Assembly (NCBI GenBank): GCA_959026725.1
Contig: CAUFMG010000002.1
Span: 119,067-183,066, forward strand
Direction: 5' to 3'
Length of the DNA stretch: 64,000 bases
DNA from: an uncultured Collinsella sp.
Lineage (GTDB): Bacteria > Actinomycetota > Coriobacteriia > Coriobacteriales > Coriobacteriaceae
This document shows, one piece after another, positions 47,005-55,990 of the stretch (within the stretch, counting starts at the first letter, position 1; every line of letters begins with the position of its first letter). The position numbers and the translations under genes are program-made. The notes beneath the pieces were generated by a model, which saw nothing but the letters and a program-made list of their open reading frames with translations, was not told where the DNA came from and made no database searches.

Positions 47005-47265
47005 ATGACTGATTCGCGTAACTCGCGTAAGGTCCGTACGGGTGTCGTTACCTCCGTCTCCGGTGCCAAGACCATCGTTGTCACCATCACCGAGCGCAAG
47101 CGTCACCCCAAGTACGGCAAGATGATGACCAGCTCCAAGAAGCTGCACGCTCACGACGAGGAGTGCACGGCTGGCGTGGGCGATACCGTCCGCGTTATGG
47201 AGACCCGTCCTATGTCCAAGATGAAGCGCTGGCGCCTCATCGAGGTCGTCGAGCGCGCTAAATAA
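47005..47265 (+). CDS. rpsQ: 30S ribosomal protein S17
   Basis: Synteny and S17 sequence. Confidence 0.9.
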   Translation: MTDSRNSRKVRTGVVTSVSGAKTIVVTITERKRHPKYGKMMTSSKKLHAHDEECTAGVGDTVRVMETRPMSKMKRWRLIEVVERAK

Positions 47266-47383
47266 GCAGTCGCTCTTACGACTTATACGTTTCCGAAGAT
47301 GTGCGTATGCCTGGCTTGCATACCACGGGCCGTATAAAGGCTGCGCACCTCTCTTCGGTTCTTAGTTCGGAGGAACATCTACC

Positions 47384-47752
47384 ATGATTCAGATGCAAAC
47401 CATGCTGAACGTCGCCGACAACTCCGGCGCTCGCAAGATTCGCTGCATCAAGGTGCTTGGCGGTTCCAAGCGTCGTTATGCAGGCATCGGCGATGTGTTC
47501 ATCGGTGCTGTCCAGGAGGCTACCCCTGGCGCCAACGTCAAGAAGAAGGACGTTGTCCGTTGCGTCGTCGTTCGCACCGTTAAGGAGATCCGCCGCAAGG
47601 ATGGCTCCTACATTCGCTTTGATGAGAACGCCTGCGTTGTCATCAACAACGATGGTTCGCCCGTCGGCACCCGTATCTTCGGGCCCGTCGCTCGCGAGCT
47701 TCGTGACAAGAAGTACATGAAGATCGTCTCGCTCGCTCCCGAGACCCTGTAG
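47384..47752 (+). CDS. rplN: 50S ribosomal protein L14
   Basis: [16 protein letters not shown]... Confidence 0.95.
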   Translation: MIQMQTMLNVADNSGARKIRCIKVLGGSKRRYAGIGDVFIGAVQEATPGANVKKKDVVRCVVVRTVKEIRRKDGSYIRFDENACVVINNDGSPVGTRIFGPVARELRDKKYMKIVSLAPETL

Positions 47753-47765
47753 TTAGGGGAGATAT

Positions 47766-48071
47766 ATGTATATCAAGAAGGGCGATAAGGTCCAGGTTCT
47801 CTCTGGTAAGGATCGCGGCAAGCAGGGCGTTGTCCTGCGTGCTCTCCCCGCCGAGAACAAGGTCGTTGTCGAGGGCGTTTCGGTCGTCAAGAAGGCCGTC
47901 AAGCCCAACGCTGCCAACCAGCAGGGCGGCATCGTTTCGCAGGAGGCTCCCATCGACGCCTCCAACGTCAATCTCGTTTGCCCCGAGTGCGGTAAGGTTA
48001 CCCGCGTCGGTCACGAGAAGGACGGCAAGAACAAGCTGCGCGTCTGCAAGAAGTGCGGCCACAAGTTCTAA
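47766..48071 (+). CDS. rplX: 50S ribosomal protein L24
   Basis: [21 protein letters not shown] motif. The C-terminal CPECG...CKKCG Zn-ribbon-like cysteines are present. Confidence 0.9.
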   Translation: MYIKKGDKVQVLSGKDRGKQGVVLRALPAENKVVVEGVSVVKKAVKPNAANQQGGIVSQEAPIDASNVNLVCPECGKVTRVGHEKDGKNKLRVCKKCGHKF

Positions 48072-48097
48072 GCTGCCCGCAACATCAAGTTGCTAGC

Positions 48098-48135
48098 AAA
48101 GGCCCGGATGCCCCTACGGCATCCGGGCCTTTTTC
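48098..48135 (+). terminator. intrinsic terminator after rplX
   Basis: ggcccggatgc / gcatccgggcc stem plus a T5 run. Confidence 0.9.
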
Positions 48136-48220
48136 TATCCCTACTCATTGGGGACAGACTTAAATGAGTGGCCGTTGAGGACGTTCTTAAACGGCTAGTC
48201 ATTTGGGACAGCCTTGTGCT

Positions 48221-48290
48221 AAGTTGCGGTGAAATAGGGACTGATGAGGGGCTCTAGAGGGCCAAACAATCCCTATTTCACCGCAACTTA
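48221..48290. repeat. ~70-bp palindromic intergenic element, copy 3
   Basis: Perfect 21-bp arms taagttgcggtgaaataggga / tccctatttcaccgcaactta. Confidence 0.9.
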
Positions 48291-48329
48291 GGTGAGGTCT
48301 GTGGTAATGCGCGGCAATCGGATGAATGC

Positions 48330-48383
48330 GGCAGGAAAGGAACGTCCCCATGTGCCGGCATCCGGGGACGTTCCTTTCCTGCC
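48330..48383. repeat. perfect 20-bp-stem hairpin related to the 3469-3692 array arms
   Basis: ggcaggaaaggaacgtcccc, 14-nt loop, ggggacgttcctttcctgcc. Confidence 0.85.
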
Positions 48384-48630
48384 GGCAGTTTGGGACAGTC
48401 CTTTGTGGTCAGATGATTCGTTACGTTCGTTTTCTTCTGGGGATCACTTGCTGCGCAATTCTGCGTACTTGAGTGCGCAGGATTGCGTGAACGTGCGCAG
48501 AAATGCGCCGTTTACGGTTGAATAATGACCGTTTGGCGGTAATACGCGCAGAAGTACGCACATACACGCGTATTTGTGCGAATATAGAGCCGTCAGAAAT
48601 GAAAGACGTTCCATGACACAGGAGGCACTC

Positions 48631-49710
48631 ATGGCAGATTCCAAACAGGCTCCGCTCGATGCTGCGGCGGCCGCAAAGGCTGCGTTCGCTTCGGTTCAGG
48701 ACAAGCCGTTCCCTAACGACATCTTTACGGCTCCCGAGCTCCGTTGGGCCGTGATCGGTTGCGGCGTTATCGCCAACCAGATGGCTCAGTCCCTCGCCCT
48801 TGCCGGCCGCAAGCTCGCGGGCGTTGCCAACCGCACGGTGTCCAAAGCTCAGGCTTTTGCGGAGCAGTATGGTGTCGAGAAGGTTTACGACACCGTCGAC
48901 GATCTCTACGCCGACCCGGACATTGATGCCGTTTACATCACCACGCCGCACAACACGCACATCACTTATCTGCGCGCCGCGCTGGCCGCTGGTAAGCACG
49001 TGCTCTGCGAGAAGGCCATTACGCTCAACTCCGCCGAGCTCGACGAGGCCCGCGCTATCGCCGACGAGCACAACGTGGTCCTTATGGACGCCACCACGGT
49101 GCTCCACATGCCCCTGTATCAGGAGCTGCGTCGTCGCATGGATGCGGGCGACTTTGGCCGCATGAACCTTGCCCAGCTCAACTTTGGCAGCTTCAAAGAG
49201 TACGGCGACCTGACCAACCGCTTCTACAACCGTAATCTTGCCGGCGGTGCCATGCTCGACATTGGCGTGTATGCGCTTTCCGTCATGCGCCTGTTTATGG
49301 CCAGCCAACCCACCGAGGTCGTGTCTCTGGGCAACACCTGCGAGACCGGTGTCGACGTCGCGGGCGGCATCGTCTGCCGTAACGCCGAGCAGCAGCTGGG
49401 CGTTGTGAGCCTTACGCTCCACTCCAAGCAGCCCAAGCGTTCGGTCATCAGCTTCGATAAGTGCTATATCGAGGTCAACGAGTATCCGCGCGCCGATCAC
49501 GCGACCATCGTGTGGACTGCAGACGGTCACCGCGAGGAAGTCCACGCTGGTATCGAGGCCTATGCCCTGTGCTATGAGATGGCCGATCTGGAGAAGGCCG
49601 TTGTCGGTGACGATTCGAAGTGCGAACTTCTGGACTATGCTTCTGATGTTATGGAGCTCATGACCAAGCTCCGCGCCGATTGGGGAGTCGTGTACCCCGA
49701 GGAGGAGTAA
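48631..49710 (+). CDS. Gfo/Idh/MocA family oxidoreductase
   Basis: Rossmann WAVIGCGVIANQMA and the VLCEKA motif. ATG 48631 follows GGAGG; 48613 and 48574 are alternatives. Confidence 0.75.
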   Translation: MADSKQAPLDAAAAAKAAFASVQDKPFPNDIFTAPELRWAVIGCGVIANQMAQSLALAGRKLAGVANRTVSKAQAFAEQYGVEKVYDTVDDLYADPDIDAVYITTPHNTHITYLRAALAAGKHVLCEKAITLNSAELDEARAIADEHNVVLMDATTVLHMPLYQELRRRMDAGDFGRMNLAQLNFGSFKEYGDLTNRFYNRNLAGGAMLDIGVYALSVMRLFMASQPTEVVSLGNTCETGVDVAGGIVCRNAEQQLGVVSLTLHSKQPKRSVISFDKCYIEVNEYPRADHATIVWTADGHREEVHAGIEAYALCYEMADLEKAVVGDDSKCELLDYASDVMELMTKLRADWGVVYPEEE

Positions 49711-49713
49711 GCG

Positions 49714-50460
49714 ATGCTTGCGGAAGATAGGCTCAACGCGATCGTGTCGATGGTGCAGCAGGCTGGCTCGGTTACCGTGCCGGAGCTTGCCGAGGCCCTG
49801 GGCGTGACGCCGTCCACCATTCGCCGTGACTTGCAGACGCTTGATCGCGCGCACCGCATTGCCAAAGTGCACGGAGGCGCCACGAGCCTTGAGCGCGCGC
49901 ACGTGACGCGCGACCTGACGATCAGCGAGCGCAGCGACCTCCACAACGACGACAAGGAGCGCATCTGCGCCCGTGCCGCGGCTCTCGTGGAGCCCGATAG
50001 CTTCGTGTATATCGATTCGGGCTCGACGACGCTCAGGCTCATCGAGCATCTTCCGCATCTCGAGGGCGTCACCTATGTGACCGATTCTGTGCTCCACGCT
50101 CAGCATCTTGCCCTGCGCGGCATGCGCACCGTGGTGCTGGGCGGCGAGCTCAAGCCCGAGACTGAGGCGCTCGTTGGTCCCGATGCCCTGGCAACCCTGG
50201 ACCGCTACAACTTTAACTGCGGTTTTTGGGGTTCCAACGGCATTGCCGCCGAGCAAGGCTTTACGACGCCCGATATCGAGGAGGCGCAGGTCAAGCGTAT
50301 CTCGATGCGTCATACCGCTAAACGCTTCGTAATCTCGGACGCCAGTAAATTTGGCATGGTGGCGCCCGTCAAGTTCGCGGACTTCCGCGATGCAACGATC
50401 ATCACCGCGGGCGAGGTTCCCGCCAAGTACCAGTCGATGGACAACGTCATCACGGTCTAG
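49714..50460 (+). CDS. DeoR/GlpR family transcriptional regulator
   Basis: N-terminal HTH VTVPELAEALGVTPSTIRRDLQTL and a C-terminal sugar-phosphate sensor domain. Confidence 0.85.
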   Translation: MLAEDRLNAIVSMVQQAGSVTVPELAEALGVTPSTIRRDLQTLDRAHRIAKVHGGATSLERAHVTRDLTISERSDLHNDDKERICARAAALVEPDSFVYIDSGSTTLRLIEHLPHLEGVTYVTDSVLHAQHLALRGMRTVVLGGELKPETEALVGPDALATLDRYNFNCGFWGSNGIAAEQGFTTPDIEEAQVKRISMRHTAKRFVISDASKFGMVAPVKFADFRDATIITAGEVPAKYQSMDNVITV

Positions 50461-50684
50461 CGACAGGGGCAGGACAAGGCTAAAACCACCACAAAGGTGC
50501 CTGTCCCCATTGTGGTGGTTCCGATGGCCCCGCCGGGCATGGTTGCCCAGTACCCCTGTTTCCATACGACGTGATCATGTCTGTCGGAGCTATCGGCTCT
50601 AATCAAAACGCAAACACAAGGTAATACGCAGGTTTTGGCCCTCTGGAGGCGAGGGGTGGGCCTGCTTGTGCAAAAGGAGGAAAC

Positions 50685-52175
50685 ATGTCAGCTACGAACG
50701 AGAAAACGGGAGGCGGCGCCTACGACGTCGTCGCCATCACGGCGTGCCCAACGGGTATTGCCCACACGTTTATGGCGGCAAAGGGGCTTGAGGATCAGGC
50801 TGCCAAGATGGGCGTGAGCATCAAGGTCGAAACCCAGGGCTCGGGCGGTGCCAAGAACGTGTTGACGGCCGCCGACATCGCGGGTGCCAAGGGTGTCATC
50901 ATCGCGGCGGACAAGAACGTCGAGCTCGACCGCTTTGACGGCAAGCCGGTCTATTCGTGTGCCGTCACGCGCGGCATCAACGATACCGAGGAGCTCATCA
51001 ACATCGCACTGGCAGGCAATGCGCCCATCCATCACGTAGCCGGCGGTGCGTCCGCTCAGCCTGCCGTTGAGGGCGAGTCCGAGGGCCTGGGCCGCAGGGT
51101 CTACAAGGACCTTATGAACGGCGTCTCGCACATGCTGCCGTTCGTCGTCGGTGGCGGCATCCTTATGGCGCTCTCGTTCCTGCTCGACCAAGCAGGACTG
51201 GGTACGAGCGCCTACGGTCACAGCACGCCGGTCGCGGCTTTCTTTAACCTGGCGGGCAACCAAGCGTTCAACTTTATGCTGCCCATCCTTGCGGGCTACA
51301 TTGCCATGTCCATCGCCGACCGCCCGGGCCTTGCCGCGGGCTTTGTGGGCGGCTGGATCGCCAAACAGGGCTTTACGCTCGGATATCTGACGACGGCCAT
51401 GGATGCCGACGCTCAGGCACAGCTGGTCTCCGCAGGCTTTTTGGGTGCGCTGCTGGTCGGTTTTGCCGCCGGTGTCATCGTTAACGCGCTCAAGAAGGCG
51501 GCAAGCGTGCTGCCCGAGTCGCTTGACGGCATCAAGCCCATGCTCATCTACCCGGTGTTCGGCATTCTTCTGACCAGCCTGTTTATGATGGCCGTCAACC
51601 CCATCATGGGCGTCATCAACACCGCCATCACCGGTGCGCTCAATGGCCTCTCCGGCACGAGCATCGTCCTGCTGGGCATCATCTGCGCCGGCATGCAGGC
51701 GACCGACATGGGTGGCCCCATCAACAAGGCCGCGTACGTCTTTGGCACCGCCGCCCTTGCCGAGCAGACCGTTCAGGGCAACATGATCATGGCTGCCGTC
51801 ATGGCCGGAGGCATGGTTCCGCCACTGGTCATCGCCCTTTCCACGACGTTCTTTAAGAACCGTTGGACCGAGGCCGATCGCAAGGCCGGTCTGGTGAACT
51901 ACATCATGGGTCTGTCGTTTATTACCGAGGGTGCCATTCCCTTTGCCGCAGCCGATCCGCTGCGCGTGCTGCCCGCCTGCATCCTGGGCTCCGCGACCGC
52001 CGGTGGCCTGTCGATGATCTTCGGTTGCGCCAGCCCCGCTCCGCACGGTGGCGCTTGGGTCATCGCGGTCATCACGAACCCGGTGCAGTACCTGCTGGCA
52101 CTTGCCATCGGCGCCGTGGTTGGTTGCCTGGTTCTGAGCTTCCTCAAGAAACCTCTCGACAAGACTGCCGAGTAA
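50685..52175 (+). CDS. fruA: PTS fructose-family EIIBC component
   Basis: EIIB-Fru ITACPTGIAHTFMAA cysteine site, then the EIIC membrane domain. Confidence 0.85.
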   Translation: MSATNEKTGGGAYDVVAITACPTGIAHTFMAAKGLEDQAAKMGVSIKVETQGSGGAKNVLTAADIAGAKGVIIAADKNVELDRFDGKPVYSCAVTRGINDTEELINIALAGNAPIHHVAGGASAQPAVEGESEGLGRRVYKDLMNGVSHMLPFVVGGGILMALSFLLDQAGLGTSAYGHSTPVAAFFNLAGNQAFNFMLPILAGYIAMSIADRPGLAAGFVGGWIAKQGFTLGYLTTAMDADAQAQLVSAGFLGALLVGFAAGVIVNALKKAASVLPESLDGIKPMLIYPVFGILLTSLFMMAVNPIMGVINTAITGALNGLSGTSIVLLGIICAGMQATDMGGPINKAAYVFGTAALAEQTVQGNMIMAAVMAGGMVPPLVIALSTTFFKNRWTEADRKAGLVNYIMGLSFITEGAIPFAAADPLRVLPACILGSATAGGLSMIFGCASPAPHGGAWVIAVITNPVQYLLALAIGAVVGCLVLSFLKKPLDKTAE

Positions 52176-52202
52176 CGAAAAACCAGATTCATTTCTCAAT
52201 AG

Positions 52203-52239
52203 AAAAGCGGCAACGTCCATCACTGGCGTTGCCGCTTTT
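52203..52239 (+). terminator. intrinsic terminator after fruA
   Basis: aaaagcggcaacg / cgttgccgctttt. Confidence 0.9.
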
Positions 52240-52255
52240 GTTGTCTGCTGGTTTG

Positions 52256-52472
52256 TCTAAATCTGTAACAACTAGACTGTCAGAAGCGGATTAGGTGTTA
52301 CAGATTGAGATGCTTCTGAGCCGCGCCGCCCCTTTGTCTCAATCTGTAACAGCTGTGACCGATTTTGCCGAGTTACTGTTACAGATCGAGATTTTCTCTT
52401 GAGGGGGGATTCGAATGTCTCGATCTGTAACAGATAGACCGGAAAATGGGTTCTAGCTGTTACGGATCGAGA
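52256..52472. repeat. tandem hairpin array, 81-bp period, 3 units (6 alternating 15-nt arms)
   Basis: Arms tct(a/c)(a/g)atctgtaaca at 52256, 52337 and 52418. Inverse arms tgttac(a/g)gat(t/c)gaga at 52296, 52377 and 52458. Loops are 25 nt and spacers 26 nt. Confidence 0.9.
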
Positions 52473-52508
52473 CGTTTTGGGACCGCGGCTGAGCCATCGT
52501 GGCGGCTT

Positions 52509-52555
52509 GACGTTTTCCCAGATAAAACCTGCCAAAATAAACCTGTCCCTATTTG
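52509..52555. repeat. dispersed ~46-nt motif (third copy of the sigma-cassette inverted-repeat sequence)
   Basis: gacgttttcccagataaaacctgccaaaataaacctgtccctatt. It forms an aaacctgtc/gacaggttt hairpin next to the rluA-family stop. Confidence 0.8.
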
Positions 52556-52562
52556 ACAGGTT

Positions 52563-53222
52563 TTAGGGCTCCCAGGGGCAGGGGGCTTCGATGTGGATGT
52601 GCTCGCCGGTTACGGGATGCGTGAAGGACACGCTGTGGGCGTGGAGCATCAGGCCGCAGGGACGCGGCGTTCCGTACAGGTCGTCGCCTACCAGGGGATG
52701 ACGCTCGCTCGCCAGATGCACACGGATTTGGTGCTTGCGGCCGGTGAGCAGCTCGACATCGATATACGAGCGCGTGGGCAGGCCACGACGGCTCTTAAGA
52801 CGCTTGAGCACCTTCACGCGCGTCTGAGACGGCTTGCCGCTGGCGCCGACGCGCATCTTGCGGCTGTCGTGACGGTCGCGGGCGATGGGCTTGTCGATGA
52901 GCTTTTCGTTCCAGTCGATCTTGCCCTCGGCGAGCGCCAGGTAGTGCTTTTCGAAAGCGTGGTCGATGACCATCTGGTCAAAGGCGGGCTGCGTCTGCTT
53001 GTCGAGCGAGAACAGCACCACGCCGGTGGTGTCGCGGTCTAGGCGGTTGAGCGGCTGCATATCGGTCGCGGCAAAGCCGTCGCCCATCGCCAGCAGCAGG
53101 TCGCTGGCGTAGTCGGTGAGTGTGCGCTCGCCGGTGCCGTCGCCGTGGACGATCATGCCGGCGGGCTTGTCGATGGCCATGAGCCAGGCGTCGCAGTAGA
53201 GGACTTGAGGTTCTTCGTTCAC
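52563..53222 (-). CDS. RluA-family pseudouridine synthase
   Basis: NRLDRDTTGVVLF catalytic Asp motif and KHQIRVHL; GTG start. Confidence 0.85.
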   Translation of the reverse strand: MNEEPQVLYCDAWLMAIDKPAGMIVHGDGTGERTLTDYASDLLLAMGDGFAATDMQPLNRLDRDTTGVVLFSLDKQTQPAFDQMVIDHAFEKHYLALAEGKIDWNEKLIDKPIARDRHDSRKMRVGASGKPSQTRVKVLKRLKSRRGLPTRSYIDVELLTGRKHQIRVHLASERHPLVGDDLYGTPRPCGLMLHAHSVSFTHPVTGEHIHIEAPCPWEP

Positions 53223-53237
53223 GTGTAAGCCTTTCGG

Positions 53238-55730
53238 TTAGCTGATTCCCACAAACATGCAGCCCGAGGTCGCCCCGCGCAGACGGGCGGCGGGCTTGCG
53301 GCCGGCCTGCGCGGCTTCGACGGCACGACGGACGCGGGCGACGGCACGGCCCACCTCATCTGCCTCGAGCAGCGTTCCGTCCACCATGAGACGACGCACG
53401 CCGGCATCGAGCAGCTGAGGAACCTGCGGCGTGAGGTCGATGGGGTAGGCATCGTACAGGCGAGAGCGGCCGTGGATGTCGGTGCGGACGGGCATGACCT
53501 TTCCGTCGATATTCTTGAGCGAGAGCTTGCGGGCACGCAGACGGCAGTTGACACAATCGTGGATGCAGCCGTTGGCAACCTGCAGAATGCAATGCTCGCT
53601 TGTCATGACGCGCGGGCGGCCAAAGACGGTGATGCCCAAAGCCGCGGGCGCGGCGGCACCGAGCGAGACAATCTCGTCGAGCGTGATTTCGGGCGAGAGC
53701 CAAAACGCACCGGCTCCGCGCTCGGCAAGCGCCTCCATGCAGGGCGTGTTGTGCACCGGCAGGCAAGAGCGAATTTCGGCCGTGGCGCCGGCCTGCGCGG
53801 CTACGGCGAGCTCGGAGATATTACCGACGGCGACGGTAGCTCCGGCATTGATCCAGGGATCGACGCGCTCGTGGTCGACGGCGCGGCAGACCTCGTCGAG
53901 TACGGGTACGATGCCCTGCTCAAACGCATCGGCGGGGGAGAGCTCGGCCGCATCGAGCGCATCGGTGGTCATGTAGATGCGCGTGGCGCCCTCGGCGCGA
54001 GCTGCCTCGGCGGCTTCGAGCGTGGTGACGGCGGCGCAGATCTGCGGCTCATCGCGGTAATGCTCGGGCATAGCGCGCGTACATTTGTCGAGCACCGGAA
54101 TCTCGAGAGTTTTCGCGCGCTCCTCGTACGGCGCCAGAATGGCCTCTTCCAGTGCCTTGCAAGCGGCGGCGCGCACCTTGTGAACGGCGGAGAAGCCCAT
54201 GCCGCAGCCGGCGTCGAGCGAAACGTCAAAGCTCGCTGCCTCAAAGGGCGAGGAGCCCATGCGGCCCACATGCTCAACCAGGTCTGCCGCCTCGACGGCG
54301 CGGGTCTTGGCGGCCTCGACGGTGAAGCCTGTGGCGGTGGCTGTGAGCGTGGGGTTGTCATAGCAGGTGAGTGTGACGGTAAACGGCTCGCCCAAGCGCG
54401 CCACGACGGACACATCAACAGCTCGGCGGCGCAGCACATCGCGCTTGAGCGCGGCGCCGGCGGCGTCGATGGCACGCTGACTGCGAATCACGCGGACGCG
54501 GCAGCCCTCGGGCATGCTGCGCGGCACGCGACATTCGATGATGTCGCCCGCGGCGGCATCATCGGCGGCAATGGTGGTCAGGAACTGGTCAAACTCGTTA
54601 TCGTGGCGAAGCTCCAGCAGGTCGCCCTTGCCCACGGGCTCAAACAACTCAATGCGGGCGATGGCGGCGCGGCGACGGCGGTCGTCGGGCTTGAGGCCGC
54701 GCACATCGCGGTTGGCCGGGCGGCTGCCCAGCACCGTGCCCACGATCTGGCCGCGGTTGTTGGAACGCTCGTAACTCATCATCTCGTCGCCCGAGGTGCC
54801 GTCCTGATAGGCGTGCGTAAAGTCGCGGTTGAAGCAGCGCTTGAGCTGGCGCTGGCGGGCGGCTTCCTCGTCCTTGGCAACGGTGGTTCCGGATAGCATG
54901 TCGTCAATTTCGTGACGATACACATCAACGATGGAGTACACGTAATCGGGCGCCTTCATGCGGCCCTCGAGCTTGAGCGACGCGGCACCGGCGTCATACA
55001 GACGGCGAACAAGCTGCGAAGTGTTGGTGTCACGCGGGCATAGCGCACGCTCGCGGCCGGCGGGGGAGAGCGCGCGACCGTTCTCGTCGATCAGCTCGTA
55101 GGGCAGGCGGCAGGGCTGGGCGCACATGCCACGGTTGGCCGATCGTCCCGCCATGGCAAAGCTCGAAAGCAGGCACAGGCCCGAGTAGCAAAAGCAGATG
55201 GCGCCATGGCTAAAGACCTCAAGGTCCACATCGGGCGCGGCATCATGAATGGCGGCAATCTCGTCGATGGAAAGCTCGCGCGAGAGGGTCACACGGTCGG
55301 CGCCCTGCTCGCGGCACCAAAGGGTTCCGCGGTCGTCGTGGATGTTTGCTTGGGTTGAGATGTGCGTCTCGATGCCGGGCATCGTGCGCTTGACCTCAAA
55401 GAACAGGCCCCAGTCCTGGATGATGAAGGCATCGGCGCCCAGCGTGGAGCAGCGATGGATGAGTTGCAGCGCATCGGCCATCTCGGACTGCTTGATGACG
55501 ATGTTGACCGTGACGTAGACGCGCGACCCGGCTAGATGTGCAGCGCGGCAGGCTTGCTCAAAGGCCTCGTCGGTAAAGTTGGTGGCCTTGCGGCGGGCGT
55601 TGAAGCTGCCCATGCCGCAGTAGATGGCGTCTGCCCCGGCGGCGAGTGCGGCGGCAAAGGGCTCAGGCCCTCCAGCGGGCGCCAAAAGCTCGGGTCTGCG
55701 GTTGGTGGTTCGACTGGCGGTTGCGGTCAT
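53238..55730 (-). CDS. U32 family protein, long form (830 aa)
   Basis: N-terminal U32 signature EVFSHGAICFCYSGLCLLS, with a second Cys-rich region near the C-terminus (SEHCILQVANGCIHDCVNCRLR). Confidence 0.8.
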   Translation of the reverse strand: MTATASRTTNRRPELLAPAGGPEPFAAALAAGADAIYCGMGSFNARRKATNFTDEAFEQACRAAHLAGSRVYVTVNIVIKQSEMADALQLIHRCSTLGADAFIIQDWGLFFEVKRTMPGIETHISTQANIHDDRGTLWCREQGADRVTLSRELSIDEIAAIHDAAPDVDLEVFSHGAICFCYSGLCLLSSFAMAGRSANRGMCAQPCRLPYELIDENGRALSPAGRERALCPRDTNTSQLVRRLYDAGAASLKLEGRMKAPDYVYSIVDVYRHEIDDMLSGTTVAKDEEAARQRQLKRCFNRDFTHAYQDGTSGDEMMSYERSNNRGQIVGTVLGSRPANRDVRGLKPDDRRRRAAIARIELFEPVGKGDLLELRHDNEFDQFLTTIAADDAAAGDIIECRVPRSMPEGCRVRVIRSQRAIDAAGAALKRDVLRRRAVDVSVVARLGEPFTVTLTCYDNPTLTATATGFTVEAAKTRAVEAADLVEHVGRMGSSPFEAASFDVSLDAGCGMGFSAVHKVRAAACKALEEAILAPYEERAKTLEIPVLDKCTRAMPEHYRDEPQICAAVTTLEAAEAARAEGATRIYMTTDALDAAELSPADAFEQGIVPVLDEVCRAVDHERVDPWINAGATVAVGNISELAVAAQAGATAEIRSCLPVHNTPCMEALAERGAGAFWLSPEITLDEIVSLGAAAPAALGITVFGRPRVMTSEHCILQVANGCIHDCVNCRLRARKLSLKNIDGKVMPVRTDIHGRSRLYDAYPIDLTPQVPQLLDAGVRRLMVDGTLLEADEVGRAVARVRRAVEAAQAGRKPAARLRGATSGCMFVGIS

Positions 55731-55836
55731 ATCCTGCCTTTCAAAATGCTCAGATACTCAAAAGTATAGTGGTGCTGTTGCGGTGGACGAGCCCTGTGGC
55801 CCAAGCAGGATAAAGTCTTCAGCAGCCCTTGCAGCA

Positions 55837-55908
55837 AAAATGATCCGTTTCCCTCCGTCCCCAGCGGATCAGGTGATCCATGGGGGACGGAGGGAAACGG
55901 ATCATTTT
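55837..55908. repeat. perfect 26-bp-stem hairpin in the U32/ridA divergent region
   Basis: aaaatgatccgtttccctccgtcccc, 20-nt loop, ggggacggagggaaacggatcatttt. Confidence 0.9.
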
Positions 55909-55990
55909 GAGCTTCACCGTCCGGTCGTGCCGTTCAGCGGCCGACAGGCGCCGTTGGGCGATAAATTATTCTCGCAACGTGATAATAATC

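Noticed and set aside
52256-52472. Possible CRISPR array, given regular repeats with unique spacers of 25-26 nt.
   Set aside because: The repeats are only 15-17 nt and alternate in orientation, forming hairpins. There are only six of them, no leader, and no cas genes in the window. It is reported as a hairpin array instead.
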